This document shows, one piece after another, positions 51,524 through 61,741 of a DNA stretch of 64,000 bases. The number at the start of each line of letters is the position of its first letter. Position 1 is the stretch's first letter. The position numbers were made by a program, and so were the translations under genes. Origin of the DNA: Nitrospirota bacterium (GTDB lineage Bacteria; Nitrospirota; UBA9217). The stretch covers positions 160,001-224,000 of the forward strand of contig CAWJQQ010000003.1 in the NCBI GenBank assembly GCA_963845065.1. The letters run 5' to 3'. The notes beneath the pieces are model-generated. The model saw only the letters and a list, made by a program, of their open reading frames with translations. It had not been told where the DNA came from and made no database searches.

Positions 51524-52600
51524 GTGATTGACAAAAAATTCTGGATTAAGAAGAAAGTCTTTGTCACCGGTCATACGGGGTTCAAAGGTTCCTGGCTCTG
51601 TCTCTGGCTTCATTCCCTGGGAGCACAGGTGCATGGCTATGCGCTCAAGCCGCCGACGGAACCGAGCTTATTTGATCTCTGCAAAGTAGGTTCCCTAATC
51701 CAGTCCTCGACAATCGCCGATGTGAGAGATGGAGAGTCTTTAGCGTCGGCACTGGCAGCATCGAAGGCGGACATTGCCATACACATGGCGGCACAGCCGC
51801 TCGTACGAGATTCCTATACGATTCCTGTCGAAACCTACGCAATCAATGTCATGGGCACGGTCAACTTCTTCGAAGCTATTCGAAGGTGCAAAACCATCAG
51901 AGCTGTAATCAACGTTACCACGGATAAGTGCTATGAAAATAAGGAGTGGGTCTGGGGATACCGAGAATACGAGCCGCTTGGAGGTCACGATCCCTATTCC
52001 AGCAGCAAAGCCTGTTCTGAACTGGTTACTTCTTCATATCGCAGTTCGTTCTTCAATCCAGGGGAATACCATCATCACGGAGTAGCAATAGCATCGGCTA
52101 GGGCAGGCAATGTGATAGGCGGAGGTGACTGGGCGAGCGACAGGCTCATACCTGACTGCATTCGTGCAATTCTAAAAAATCAGAAGGTCCTTATTCGAAA
52201 TCCCCATGCCATAAGGCCTTGGCAGCATGTATTGGAACCGTTGTGTGGCTACATTGCGCTCTCACAAAAACTTTATGAAAATGGCCCTCGTTATATTGGG
52301 GCATGGAATTTCGGACCCGATGAGACAGATGCGAAGCCCGTTGAATGGATTGTGAAGAACTTGTGCAAAAAATGGGGCAGTTATGCTTCATATGAAATTG
52401 ATAAGGGTAAACACCCCCATGAGGCGAATTATCTGAAGCTTGATTGTTCAAAGGCAAAAACTGAACTCAAGTGGCGACCGCGCTGGGATGTTAGCAAAGC
52501 AATAGATAGTATAGTCGACTGGTCTCGTATATATGTACAAGGCGGTGATGTCCGCGAAGCATGTACAGCCCAGATTGAAGAGTATATAGGTAAAAATTGA
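51524..52600 (+). CDS. rfbG: CDP-glucose 4,6-dehydratase
   Basis: VTGHTGFKGSW, AAQPLVR, TTDKCY, DPYSSSK, RPWQHVLEPL; GTG 51524. Confidence 0.96.
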   Translation: MIDKKFWIKKKVFVTGHTGFKGSWLCLWLHSLGAQVHGYALKPPTEPSLFDLCKVGSLIQSSTIADVRDGESLASALAASKADIAIHMAAQPLVRDSYTIPVETYAINVMGTVNFFEAIRRCKTIRAVINVTTDKCYENKEWVWGYREYEPLGGHDPYSSSKACSELVTSSYRSSFFNPGEYHHHGVAIASARAGNVIGGGDWASDRLIPDCIRAILKNQKVLIRNPHAIRPWQHVLEPLCGYIALSQKLYENGPRYIGAWNFGPDETDAKPVEWIVKNLCKKWGSYASYEIDKGKHPHEANYLKLDCSKAKTELKWRPRWDVSKAIDSIVDWSRIYVQGGDVREACTAQIEEYIGKN

Positions 52601-53958
52601 GGTTTGACGTGTTAGATAAGAACGAAATAGACCGGCAATTGCGGGGCCAGGTAATTGCCGCTACGGTTCAATATTACGAGTTTAAGCATAAAGGAAAGAA
52701 GACTTTCACCGCCGGCGATCGAATCCCTTATGGAGGCCGTATTTTTGACGAGAAGGAGATTACCGCTCTCGTCGATGCGGCGCTTGATTTCTGGTTGACG
52801 GCTGGCAGATATGCAGAAAAATTCGAGCAGGGCTTCACAGAATTCCTTGGTGTAAAACACTGTTCTCTGACCAATTCCGGGTCCTCTGCTAATTTACTCG
52901 CTTTTATGGCGCTTACCTCTGCTCAACTGGGTGACAGGAGGATAAGGCAGGGCGATGAAGTCATCACAGTTGCTGCAGGCTTCCCGACCACGGTTGCTCC
53001 AATTATTCAATTTGGTGCCGTTCCTGTTTTTATCGATGTAACGCTGCCAACCTATAATATCGATTGCTCCCAACTGGAGAAGGCTCTGTCGGAAAGGACT
53101 AAAGCTGTCATGCTAGCCCATACGCTAGGCAATCCTTTTGATGTGAGTGCAGTAAAAGATTTTTGTGATTCCCACGATTTATGGCTCATTGAGGACAACT
53201 GCGATGCGCTTGGGGCGAAATATAACCATAACAGTGAATGGAAATATACCGGCACCATTGGACATATTGGCACATCCAGTTTCTACCCACCCCATCACAT
53301 AACCATGGGAGAGGGTGGCGCAGTGTATACAAACGATGGCCTGCTGAAGCGTCTCATGGAATCCTTCCGGGACTGGGGCAGGGATTGCTGGTGCCCCTCG
53401 GGCCACGACAATACCTGTAAAAGGCGGTTCACACAGCAATTCGGATCTCTGCCAATGGGTTATGACCATAAATATGTATATTCGCAATTTGGATACAATC
53501 TCAAGATAACGGACATGCAAGCGGCGATCGGTTGCGCCCAACTGGAAAAGCTTCCTGGCTTCATCGAAGCGAGAAAGAAAAACTGGAATATGTTTCGCGA
53601 AGGTTTGGATAGCCTATCGGATCATCTAGTCCTACCTGAGCCGACAAAAAATTCAAACCCTAGCTGGTTCGGCTTTCTCCTCACGATGAAAAAAAAAGCT
53701 GGACATACGCGTGAAGAACTTGTCACTCACCTGGAGAAAGCCGGCGTTCAAACGCGTATGCTTTTTGCCGGCAATCTGATAAAACATCCTTGTTTCGACG
53801 CTATGAGAAGCGAGAAACGAGGATTCAGGGTGGTCGGTGAAATGATGAATACAGACCGCATTATGAGGGATAGCTTTTGGGTCGGTGTGTATCCGGGAAT
53901 GACTGACGAAATGATCAGCTTTACAATCGATACAATGAAAAAGTTCATTCTCACATGA
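52597..53958 (+). CDS. rfbH: CDP-4-keto-6-deoxyglucose 3-dehydratase (E1, RfbH/DdhC)
   Basis: NSGSSANLLA, IEDNCDALG, SFYPPHHITMGEGG (His in place of Lys), DWGRDCWC...TC, YDHKY. Confidence 0.95.
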   Translation: MRFDVLDKNEIDRQLRGQVIAATVQYYEFKHKGKKTFTAGDRIPYGGRIFDEKEITALVDAALDFWLTAGRYAEKFEQGFTEFLGVKHCSLTNSGSSANLLAFMALTSAQLGDRRIRQGDEVITVAAGFPTTVAPIIQFGAVPVFIDVTLPTYNIDCSQLEKALSERTKAVMLAHTLGNPFDVSAVKDFCDSHDLWLIEDNCDALGAKYNHNSEWKYTGTIGHIGTSSFYPPHHITMGEGGAVYTNDGLLKRLMESFRDWGRDCWCPSGHDNTCKRRFTQQFGSLPMGYDHKYVYSQFGYNLKITDMQAAIGCAQLEKLPGFIEARKKNWNMFREGLDSLSDHLVLPEPTKNSNPSWFGFLLTMKKKAGHTREELVTHLEKAGVQTRMLFAGNLIKHPCFDAMRSEKRGFRVVGEMMNTDRIMRDSFWVGVYPGMTDEMISFTIDTMKKFILT

Positions 53959-54884
53959 AAGTTTTAGTTACCGGCACAACAGGGTTCATCGGGTCCAACT
54001 TGTCGCGCCGCCTTCTTGAGCTGGGGTACGAGGTCCACTCATTCAAGCGATCGTCGTCTGATATCTGGCGATTAGTCGATGTCAGGAAAAATATTATTGA
54101 GCATGTCGTTGATCTGCGCGATGCAGATGCGGTTGGCCGAAATGTTGAGAAAATTCGACCGCAGGTCGTGTATCACTGCGCCACGTATGGAGGATTTGCC
54201 GATCAGAAGGACACAACCGCCATTCTTGAGTCTAATTTTCTGGGTACAGTCAATCTGCTCAAAGCATGCGAAAGAGTGGGGTTCGATTATTTTGTCAACA
54301 CGGGAAGTTCGTCGGAATACGGAATAAAGTCGCATCCCATGGATGAAGGCGATACTTTGGAGCCAAACGGTGATTACGGTGTATCCAAAGCAGCTGCCAC
54401 GCTGTTTTGTCAATCTGAAGGGAGAGGCAAGCAGCTTCCTATTGCAACCTTGCGTCTTTTTTCCCCTTTTGGATCTTGGGATGATCCAAAACGTCTGATC
54501 CCTTACATCATTAAATCCTTTCTTCGAAATGAAACGCCTCAACTGACGTCGCCTGCTTCGGTCCGAGATTTTATTTTCATCGACGATATACTTGACGCCT
54601 ACCTCGCTGTAGTCAAGCAGCCATTTTTCGGTGAAGTATTCAATATCGGTAGTGGTACCCAGCATTCCATTGGAGAAGTGGTAACGCTAGTTAAAGGTCT
54701 TTTCCAGACCGGCATTGAACCGGCTTGGGGAACAGTCGATAAACAGAGACAAGAACCAGGCCTCTGGGTCGCAAAGAATGAGAAGGCCCATACGAAAATG
54801 AAATGGACTCCGTCAACTTCCCTCAAGTCAGGGCTTGAACAGACGGTGGCTTGGATAAAAAATAATCTTAATCTTTATCCTTGA
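53955..54884 (+). CDS. NAD-dependent epimerase/reductase (extended SDR; possibly YerF-like)
   Basis: TGTTGFIG, GSSSEYG, YGVSK, RDFIFI. Confidence 0.85.
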   Translation: MKVLVTGTTGFIGSNLSRRLLELGYEVHSFKRSSSDIWRLVDVRKNIIEHVVDLRDADAVGRNVEKIRPQVVYHCATYGGFADQKDTTAILESNFLGTVNLLKACERVGFDYFVNTGSSSEYGIKSHPMDEGDTLEPNGDYGVSKAAATLFCQSEGRGKQLPIATLRLFSPFGSWDDPKRLIPYIIKSFLRNETPQLTSPASVRDFIFIDDILDAYLAVVKQPFFGEVFNIGSGTQHSIGEVVTLVKGLFQTGIEPAWGTVDKQRQEPGLWVAKNEKAHTKMKWTPSTSLKSGLEQTVAWIKNNLNLYP

Positions 54885-54903
54885 TGTTCTTAAAATATAA
54901 TAT

Positions 54904-56679
54904 ATGAAACTTTCAGATTATGTCATAGAATTCCTTGTGAATCACGATGTCCATCACATTTTTGAGGTCATCGGTGGAGCGATTACGCACTTGCTAGATT
55001 CTGCCAATGGCAGGAAGGACATCCAATGCGTTTCGGTCCATCATGAACAGACCGGCGCGTTCGCGGCCGAAGCCTATGCCCGTATGAATGGGAAACTCGG
55101 CGTTGCCATGGCAACAAGCGGTCCGGGAGCATTGAATCTTCTTACCGGCGTCGGCAGCTGCTATTTCGACTCCGTTCCCTGCCTCTTCATAACGGGCCAA
55201 GTGAACACATATGAATACAAATTCGATAAAGCAGTACGCCAAATCGGATTTCAAGAAACTGACATTGTCAGCGTTGCAAAACCCCTGACAAAATACACTG
55301 AGCTGGTTGTTGACGCTCAGAAGATCCGGTATCATTTGGAAAAAGCAGTTTTTCTTGCTCAAAACGGCAGACCAGGCCCAGTTCTGCTAGATTTGCCAAT
55401 GAACATCCAGCGCGCCCAGATAGATCCACAAAATCTCATAAGTTTTTACGATACTGATGAATACCGGCACATGCAGCAGACAGTACAGTTAAATGGACAG
55501 TCGATCCAAGGCGTTATTGACGGTATCAGGGATGCCAGGAGGCCTGTCATTCTTGCCGGTGGTGGGGTGAGGACGTCAGGTGCAGTCGCAGATTTTCAAG
55601 ACGTGGTACAGACAACTGGCATTCCGGTAGTAACTTCTCTAATGGGGTTGGACACATTGTTTCACGATCATCCGGCTTTTTTCGGAATGATCGGATCCTA
55701 CGGCAACCGTTACAGCAACCTTACTGTGGCCAATGCAGATCTAGTCTTGATTCTGGGCTCACGTTTGGATAGCAGACAGACTGGTACGCGACCGGATACC
55801 TTTGCTCGAGCGGCAAAAAAAATTCATGTGGATGTCGATCCTCTTGAGCTGAACGCAAAGATCCATGCTGATATAACCATACAAGCAGATCTAAAAGATT
55901 TCCTCAAAGCGCTGAAAGAATCTCTGTCAGGCTATCAAAAAAGCGATCTTTCTGCTTGGTATGCCACTATCAATGGCTTTCGCACGAAGTATCCAACTGT
56001 ATTTCCAACTCCGGTAGCAGGAGGAATCAATCCGAATCAATTTATGGATCTCCTGTCGCATAAGACGGGAGAGGGTGATGTTATTTGCCTCGATGTAGGC
56101 CAGAACCAGATGTGGGCAGCGCAATCCTTCAGGCTCAAGAAAGCACAGCGCATGATAACATCTGGCGGTATGGGGTCTATGGGCTTTGCCCTGCCTGCTG
56201 CTCTGGGCGCAGCTAAAAGCAGTAATAAAAGGACCATCGTTATCTCCGGGGATGGCGGTATTCAGATGAATATTCAGGATCTCGACACCATTGTTAATCA
56301 CCGCCTGCCCGTGAAATTTTTTATTATGAACAACGGTTGTCTTGGCATGGTGCGACAAATGCAGGACATGTACTTTGGTGGACGACAGCAGTCCACTGTA
56401 ATCGGCTACACTTGTCCGAACCTAACGAAAATCGCGGAAGCATACGGTATCCCGTCGTTTACGATAGCCACGATGGACAGTGCAGAAAATATTATCAATA
56501 TGGCATTGTCAGGAGAGGGGCCTGCGTTTGTTGAAGTGAAGCTAAACCAGGATACCCAAGTGAACCCCAAGCTGGTCGTGAATAGGCCCATAGAAGATAT
56601 GTCTCCATATCTTGATCGCAAGGAACTGCACGATATCATGCTCATCGATTTAGCGGAAGAAAAAGATTTTGAAAAATAG
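54904..56679 (+). CDS. Thiamine pyrophosphate-dependent enzyme (acetolactate synthase-like; YerE-like by context)
   Basis: HHEQ, ATSGPG, ITGQV, FQETD, GRPGPV, GDGG..MN..N TPP motif; inside a CDP-sugar operon with no ilvN. Confidence 0.85.
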   Translation: MKLSDYVIEFLVNHDVHHIFEVIGGAITHLLDSANGRKDIQCVSVHHEQTGAFAAEAYARMNGKLGVAMATSGPGALNLLTGVGSCYFDSVPCLFITGQVNTYEYKFDKAVRQIGFQETDIVSVAKPLTKYTELVVDAQKIRYHLEKAVFLAQNGRPGPVLLDLPMNIQRAQIDPQNLISFYDTDEYRHMQQTVQLNGQSIQGVIDGIRDARRPVILAGGGVRTSGAVADFQDVVQTTGIPVVTSLMGLDTLFHDHPAFFGMIGSYGNRYSNLTVANADLVLILGSRLDSRQTGTRPDTFARAAKKIHVDVDPLELNAKIHADITIQADLKDFLKALKESLSGYQKSDLSAWYATINGFRTKYPTVFPTPVAGGINPNQFMDLLSHKTGEGDVICLDVGQNQMWAAQSFRLKKAQRMITSGGMGSMGFALPAALGAAKSSNKRTIVISGDGGIQMNIQDLDTIVNHRLPVKFFIMNNGCLGMVRQMQDMYFGGRQQSTVIGYTCPNLTKIAEAYGIPSFTIATMDSAENIINMALSGEGPAFVEVKLNQDTQVNPKLVVNRPIEDMSPYLDRKELHDIMLIDLAEEKDFEK

Positions 56680-56722
56680 ACAGCGTCTCGAATGTCATTC
56701 CTAAAATCGAGAGGAAACTTTT

Positions 56723-57622
56723 TTGGATTCAATCCCAGCAGTTCAAGCCTATCGCTATTTAACGTACACGATGATACTGCCAGTGTACAATGAAGAGTCA
56801 CGCATTGGAAGGGTGATTGAGTATTACAAGCCCTTTGCCCGTTTGATAGTGATTGATAATTTTAGCACTGATAAAACATGGAAGATCGTGCAAGAACTTG
56901 GCGTCGAGCAGGTTCAGTATAAAAACCCCGGGACGATTCAGACGCCGGAATTTTTTCATTTTGTCGCTACTTTGTTCGAAACGGATTATTACATACTTCT
57001 TTCTTGCTCAGAGTTTATTCCTCTGCAACTTCTAGATTTATTTAATAAAATTGCTCAAGAGCATACGTATGACGTTGTATCCTGTGTACGCGAAAGCTAT
57101 ACGTGCGGCGAATTGATTCCGCTCTGGGGTGGAAGGTTCAAAGGCACCGATGCAAGAGTTGAGCGTTTTTATAATAAACATGCCCTCAACCTTGACAAGG
57201 TAGTGATTCACGGACATTTTATCCCTATGAGCGATGACAGGTTGCTTAAGTTACCGCCAGATAAGCGATATATAGTGACACACCTGCGTGATTCTGATGC
57301 TAAATCGCTCATTAAGAAATCGCTCGATTATTCTTTTGTCGAAGCCAGTCACAGGTTCCGGAATAATACGCCCTTAAAAATCTGGAAATTGATGATATTG
57401 TTCTTAAAAGAAATTCTCAGGTTTTTACAACTCCCGCTTTCAAAATGGAACATGATAGCCTTGAGGGAAATATGGGCGCGCATGGTCATGCATTCAATCA
57501 TATACTGGATTGGATGGGAACTCCGTTCGGGCAAAGATATCGCATATTCACATAGGCAAAACGAAAGTCTTTGGCAAGAGCTAGTTACTAATCAGAGCCA
57601 CAAATTACAGAATGACCAATGA
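56723..57622 (+). CDS. GT2 family glycosyltransferase
   Basis: LPVYNEE, IDNFSTDKT; start uncertain. Confidence 0.7.
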   Translation: MDSIPAVQAYRYLTYTMILPVYNEESRIGRVIEYYKPFARLIVIDNFSTDKTWKIVQELGVEQVQYKNPGTIQTPEFFHFVATLFETDYYILLSCSEFIPLQLLDLFNKIAQEHTYDVVSCVRESYTCGELIPLWGGRFKGTDARVERFYNKHALNLDKVVIHGHFIPMSDDRLLKLPPDKRYIVTHLRDSDAKSLIKKSLDYSFVEASHRFRNNTPLKIWKLMILFLKEILRFLQLPLSKWNMIALREIWARMVMHSIIYWIGWELRSGKDIAYSHRQNESLWQELVTNQSHKLQNDQ

Positions 57623-59120
57623 GGAAATGGATAACACCCAACTAGCGCCTGATGATGGCGCGCTATTTCAGCGCTTCAAAACATCGGTAATCAGCTACGG
57701 ATTACGTCAATTCGCAGTCATATCCCTTACATTCGGTTATAACATCGCGCTGACTCACTATTTACTCCCTGCAGAATTTGGAAAAGTAGCGGTCATCCTC
57801 ATCGTTGTGAATATCGCCATGCTGCTTTCTGACGGCGGATTTGGCGTTTATCTCATACAGAGACATGAGGAGATACATGAACATGACCTTTCACGAGTCA
57901 CAACAATCCAGCTCACCGCCGCTTCTATTCTTAGCGCCTTGTGTTTTTTGGGATCCTCAGCTGCCAGCCTATTTTATCCCGGCCAGGATATTGGCCGGAT
58001 GGTCGCTTTTGCTTCTCTGTCGCTCCCGCTTTTGGTCATACGCGGCATGGCATTGCTGTTGCTGGAACGTTCAGTCAGGCTCAATAAAGTAGTCAGGGTA
58101 GAAATAGCTGAAGAGGTCGTTTTTGCATTGGTTGCAATAGGTCTCGCTGCTCATGGAGCAGGGGCGTGGAGTGTCGTTCTAGCTCAAATTGCTAAAGCGC
58201 TGGTTGGATGCACAATTGCTGTATTCATTGGTAAGTTTCGGTTCAGGTTTGTTCCGATAACGTGGGATGCGGGTCTTAGTAAAGGCTTTCGATTCGGGTT
58301 CCATTATCAAGCCGCTCAATTGATCAATATGGCGCGAATTTCCGTAATCCCCCTCTATATCGTTCCATTTTTCGGTTTTCAGGCCGGAGGTTTCGTCGAA
58401 AGGTCGTTATATTTTTGTGCGGCACCATTATCGATAATACTTGCGGTACAGAAAAGAACCATGTTCCCTTATATATCTCGAATCCAGTTCGATTTGGAAA
58501 AAATCAAGCGATTTACCGAAGATTCAATTTATATCAGCTCAGTAATAGATAAATTCATGTTCCTCCCGCTGCTAATTTTTGCGCGTACCGTCATTGTTGT
58601 GGTTTTTGGTGAGCATTGGTTGCCCATGCTGCCGCTTATTTACTGGCTCTTGGCCGGAAACATAATTTTCGGTGCGCTAACGGGCACGCTTTACCCTGTT
58701 GCAAATGGAATCGGCAGGTCGGATTACATTTCTGTATTGAACCTTGCCGGATTTATTCTTTCGTGGTTATTAATTGTTCCATTAACGCAAGCTTATGGTA
58801 TTATAGGTGTCGGAATTGCGGGGCTGATTATGTGGCTTGGAGTCCATTGGTTTAAGATTAAACTTCGATCGAGTATTGGTGATTTTGTTTATTATCGCCA
58901 ACTTGTGAAGCCGCTTATGGCATTCTTTCTTGCATGGGGAAGCAGCGAATTTATCATCAAGGAATTTGTTGGAGAGATTAGGTCACTTCCTCTTCTGGCC
59001 GCGCTATCAGTGCTTGTGTGTTTTCTGTATCTCATTGCTATTGTGTGCCTTGACTGGACACGTTTAAAGTCAGTATTTAATAACTACCTTGTGGATCAAC
59101 CTGCTACCAAGAATATATGA
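57612..59120 (+). CDS. wzx: Oligosaccharide flippase (Wzx/PST family)
   Basis: LLPAEFG, DGGFGVYLIQ, GAGAWS, FGEHW, YGIIG; multi-pass membrane protein. Confidence 0.85.
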   Translation: MTNEEMDNTQLAPDDGALFQRFKTSVISYGLRQFAVISLTFGYNIALTHYLLPAEFGKVAVILIVVNIAMLLSDGGFGVYLIQRHEEIHEHDLSRVTTIQLTAASILSALCFLGSSAASLFYPGQDIGRMVAFASLSLPLLVIRGMALLLLERSVRLNKVVRVEIAEEVVFALVAIGLAAHGAGAWSVVLAQIAKALVGCTIAVFIGKFRFRFVPITWDAGLSKGFRFGFHYQAAQLINMARISVIPLYIVPFFGFQAGGFVERSLYFCAAPLSIILAVQKRTMFPYISRIQFDLEKIKRFTEDSIYISSVIDKFMFLPLLIFARTVIVVVFGEHWLPMLPLIYWLLAGNIIFGALTGTLYPVANGIGRSDYISVLNLAGFILSWLLIVPLTQAYGIIGVGIAGLIMWLGVHWFKIKLRSSIGDFVYYRQLVKPLMAFFLAWGSSEFIIKEFVGEIRSLPLLAALSVLVCFLYLIAIVCLDWTRLKSVFNNYLVDQPATKNI

Positions 59121-59309
59121 GGAAAGTTGTACCCTTGTAAATGTCGCTCTGCTAGTAAAATTCCTCTGAGTATAAGTTTTTACAGTTAATGTGGCTTGAA
59201 TAGCTGATTATAACTGTTTGTCATGTTTTATGCTGAGGATAGTAGGGCTGTTTGTCGTATCATGAGAATACTGTCTAAGCTTATAATGAATTTATGAGCA
59301 AGAGGAATC

Positions 59310-61154
59310 ATGGCCGTTACCATATTAGGAATTTCTGCATATTACCATGACAGCGCGGCAGCAATCATAAAAGATGGTGATATTATTGCCGCGGCTCAGC
59401 AGGAACGCTTTACCCGGGAAAAACATGATGCAGGTTTCCCCAACCGTGCCGTATTGTATTGTCTTCAGGAAGCTGGCTCAAGGCTGAAGGATGTGAGTCA
59501 GATCGTTTTCTACGAGAAGCCGCTCCTCAAGTTCGAACGCCTCATAGAGACCTATCTAGCCTATGCCCCGAAGGGGCTGATGTCGTTCACTGCCGCCATG
59601 CCGGTGTGGCTCAAGGAGAAGCTTTTTCTCAAAAATCTTTTGAAAAAAGAACTGGCTTCACTAGAAGGGTGCAAACCTTCGGAGCTGCCGCCGCTCCTTT
59701 TTGCAGAGCACCATCAATCACATGCAGCTTCGGCATTTTTCCCGAGCCCTTTCGAGCGTGCAGGGGTGCTATGTCTAGATGGGGTGGGGGAATGGGCAAC
59801 TTCGACGGCGTGGTTTGGAGAGGGGAATGATCTTACTTTGCAGTGGGCAATCGACTTTCCGCATTCACTCGGACTATTGTATTCGGCATTCACATACTAT
59901 ACGGGGTTCAAGGTCAACTCGGGCGAGTACAAGCTCATGGGCCTGGCTCCTTATGGTGAGCCGAAATATGTTGACATCATCAGGACCCATCTTGTTGATA
60001 TCAAAGAGGACGGGACGTTCCGGTTGAACATGAAATATTTCAACTATGCTACAGGTCTCACCATGACTAACTGGAAGTTTCACGAACTCTTCGGAAGCCC
60101 GCCGCGCAAAACGGAGACGGTCCCTTCGCAGCGCGACATGGACATTGCAAGATCCGTTCAGGAGGTAACAGAAGAAATAGTCCTTCGACTGGCGCGGACC
60201 ATGCATCGAACACTCGGAATTGAACACCTATGTCTTGCCGGTGGCGTGGCGCTCAACTGCGTGGCGAATGGCCGCGTATTGCGTGAAGGCCCCTTCAAGG
60301 ACATCTGGATCCAGCCTGCGGCAGGAGACTCGGGTGGCGCCCTGGGAGCTGCCCTTGCCTGTTGGCACCAGTATCTCAACAAACCTCGATTCGTGAATCC
60401 TGCGGACAGCATGAAAGGCTCCTATCTCGGACCACGGTTCAGTGATTCAGAAATACGAGTCTATCTGGATTCGATCGGAGCAAAATACGATACGCTGGAT
60501 GATGTCAGGCTCTTTCCGAAGCTGGCTGAATTATTAGATGGGGGAAACGTTATTGGCTGGTTCCAGGGAAGGATGGAATTCGGTCCCCGGGCACTGGGCT
60601 CACGCTCCATCATCGGCGATCCGCGTAACCCTAACATGCAGTCTGTGATGAACCTAAAAATCAAGTACCGGGAATCGTTCCGTCCTTTTGCGCCTTCCGT
60701 ACTGGAAGACCGGGTTTCCGACTATTTCGAGCTTGATCGTTCAAGCCCATATATGCTCTTGGTGGCGCCGGTTTGTGAGGAAAAACGCATCCCGATGACT
60801 GAAGGACAGCTGCATCTATTCGGTATTGATAAGCTGCATATTCCTCGGTCGATAATCCCTGCCGTAACCCATGTCGATTATTCCGCCCGCATTCAAACGG
60901 TGCACCAGGAGACCAATCCGCGCTATTATGAACTTCTACGTCATTTTGAACAACGAACGGGTTGCCCCGTGCTGGTAAACACATCATTCAACGTTCGTGG
61001 AGAACCAATCGTCTGTACGCCCGAAGACGCTTTTCGCTGTTTCATGAGGACTGAAATGGACTATCTGGTTTTGGAGAATTTTATCCTGACAAAGTCAGAA
61101 CAACCATCTCGTTCTCGAGACGAGTCATGGAAAAAGGAATTTGAGCTTGACTAG
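59310..61154 (+). CDS. O-carbamoyltransferase (NodU/CmcH/TobZ family; SxtI-like)
   Basis: YHDSAA, EHHQSHAASAF, LDGVGE, GEYKLMGLAPYG, GGVALN, EFGPRALG, RESFRPFAP, NTSFNVRGEPIV. Confidence 0.93.
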   Translation: MAVTILGISAYYHDSAAAIIKDGDIIAAAQQERFTREKHDAGFPNRAVLYCLQEAGSRLKDVSQIVFYEKPLLKFERLIETYLAYAPKGLMSFTAAMPVWLKEKLFLKNLLKKELASLEGCKPSELPPLLFAEHHQSHAASAFFPSPFERAGVLCLDGVGEWATSTAWFGEGNDLTLQWAIDFPHSLGLLYSAFTYYTGFKVNSGEYKLMGLAPYGEPKYVDIIRTHLVDIKEDGTFRLNMKYFNYATGLTMTNWKFHELFGSPPRKTETVPSQRDMDIARSVQEVTEEIVLRLARTMHRTLGIEHLCLAGGVALNCVANGRVLREGPFKDIWIQPAAGDSGGALGAALACWHQYLNKPRFVNPADSMKGSYLGPRFSDSEIRVYLDSIGAKYDTLDDVRLFPKLAELLDGGNVIGWFQGRMEFGPRALGSRSIIGDPRNPNMQSVMNLKIKYRESFRPFAPSVLEDRVSDYFELDRSSPYMLLVAPVCEEKRIPMTEGQLHLFGIDKLHIPRSIIPAVTHVDYSARIQTVHQETNPRYYELLRHFEQRTGCPVLVNTSFNVRGEPIVCTPEDAFRCFMRTEMDYLVLENFILTKSEQPSRSRDESWKKEFELD

Positions 61155-61170
61155 CGGGGGGTGATTCTTG

Positions 61171-61572
61171 ATGAGCGAATTACGACTAGATAAAAAGGAA
61201 TTGCGAAAGTTTGGGCTGATGACCGGTCTGATACTGATCGCGTTGTTCGGTCTTGCATTGCCATGGCTGAAGCACCGTCCCTTTCCGTTGTGGCCTTGGA
61301 TTATTACGGCTATACTCTGGACCTTCGCCATGTTCATGCCGAAGAAATTGGGTGGTTTCTACCGCGTATGGATGAAAGTAGGTGCTGCTCTGGGCAAGGT
61401 GAACTCTCGGATCATCCTCGGAATCGTATTTTATCTGGTTATTACGCCCATGGCACTCATTATGCGGATCTTACATCACGATCCCATGGCACATACCATC
61501 AATCCGAATACAACCAGCTATAAAACGCGGGGTTCACAGCGTTCTCATACCAACATGGAGGTGCCATTCTGA
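61171..61572 (+). CDS. SxtJ family membrane protein
   Basis: LRKFG, WMK.G..LG.VNSRIIL.IVFYLVITP, DPM, C-terminal MEVPF; follows the carbamoyltransferase. Confidence 0.85.
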   Translation: MSELRLDKKELRKFGLMTGLILIALFGLALPWLKHRPFPLWPWIITAILWTFAMFMPKKLGGFYRVWMKVGAALGKVNSRIILGIVFYLVITPMALIMRILHHDPMAHTINPNTTSYKTRGSQRSHTNMEVPF

Positions 61573-61724
61573 TGATCGACTTTTTCAAAGACCTCTGGGC
61601 TTTTATGAAGGAGCGAAAAAAATTCTGGCTTTTGCCGATAATTCTCATTCTCCTTCTTTTAGGTTTGCTGATAGTATTCACGCAGGGCTCCGTAATTGCG
61701 CCGTTTATTTATACGCTCTTTTAG
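61572..61724 (+). CDS. Small membrane protein, DUF5989/SxtK family (50 aa; absent from the ORF track)
   Basis: MIDFFKDLWAFMKERKKFWLLPIILILLLLGLLIVFTQGSVIAPFIYTLF*; ATG overlaps the stop of the sxtJ-like gene; GGAGG upstream. Confidence 0.9.
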   Translation: MIDFFKDLWAFMKERKKFWLLPIILILLLLGLLIVFTQGSVIAPFIYTLF

Positions 61725-61741
61725 AAGTGTGAGGGCCCAAG

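Noticed and set aside
54904..56679. Housekeeping acetolactate synthase ilvB
   Set aside because: No ilvN or ilvC nearby, and the gene sits inside a CDP-sugar operon.
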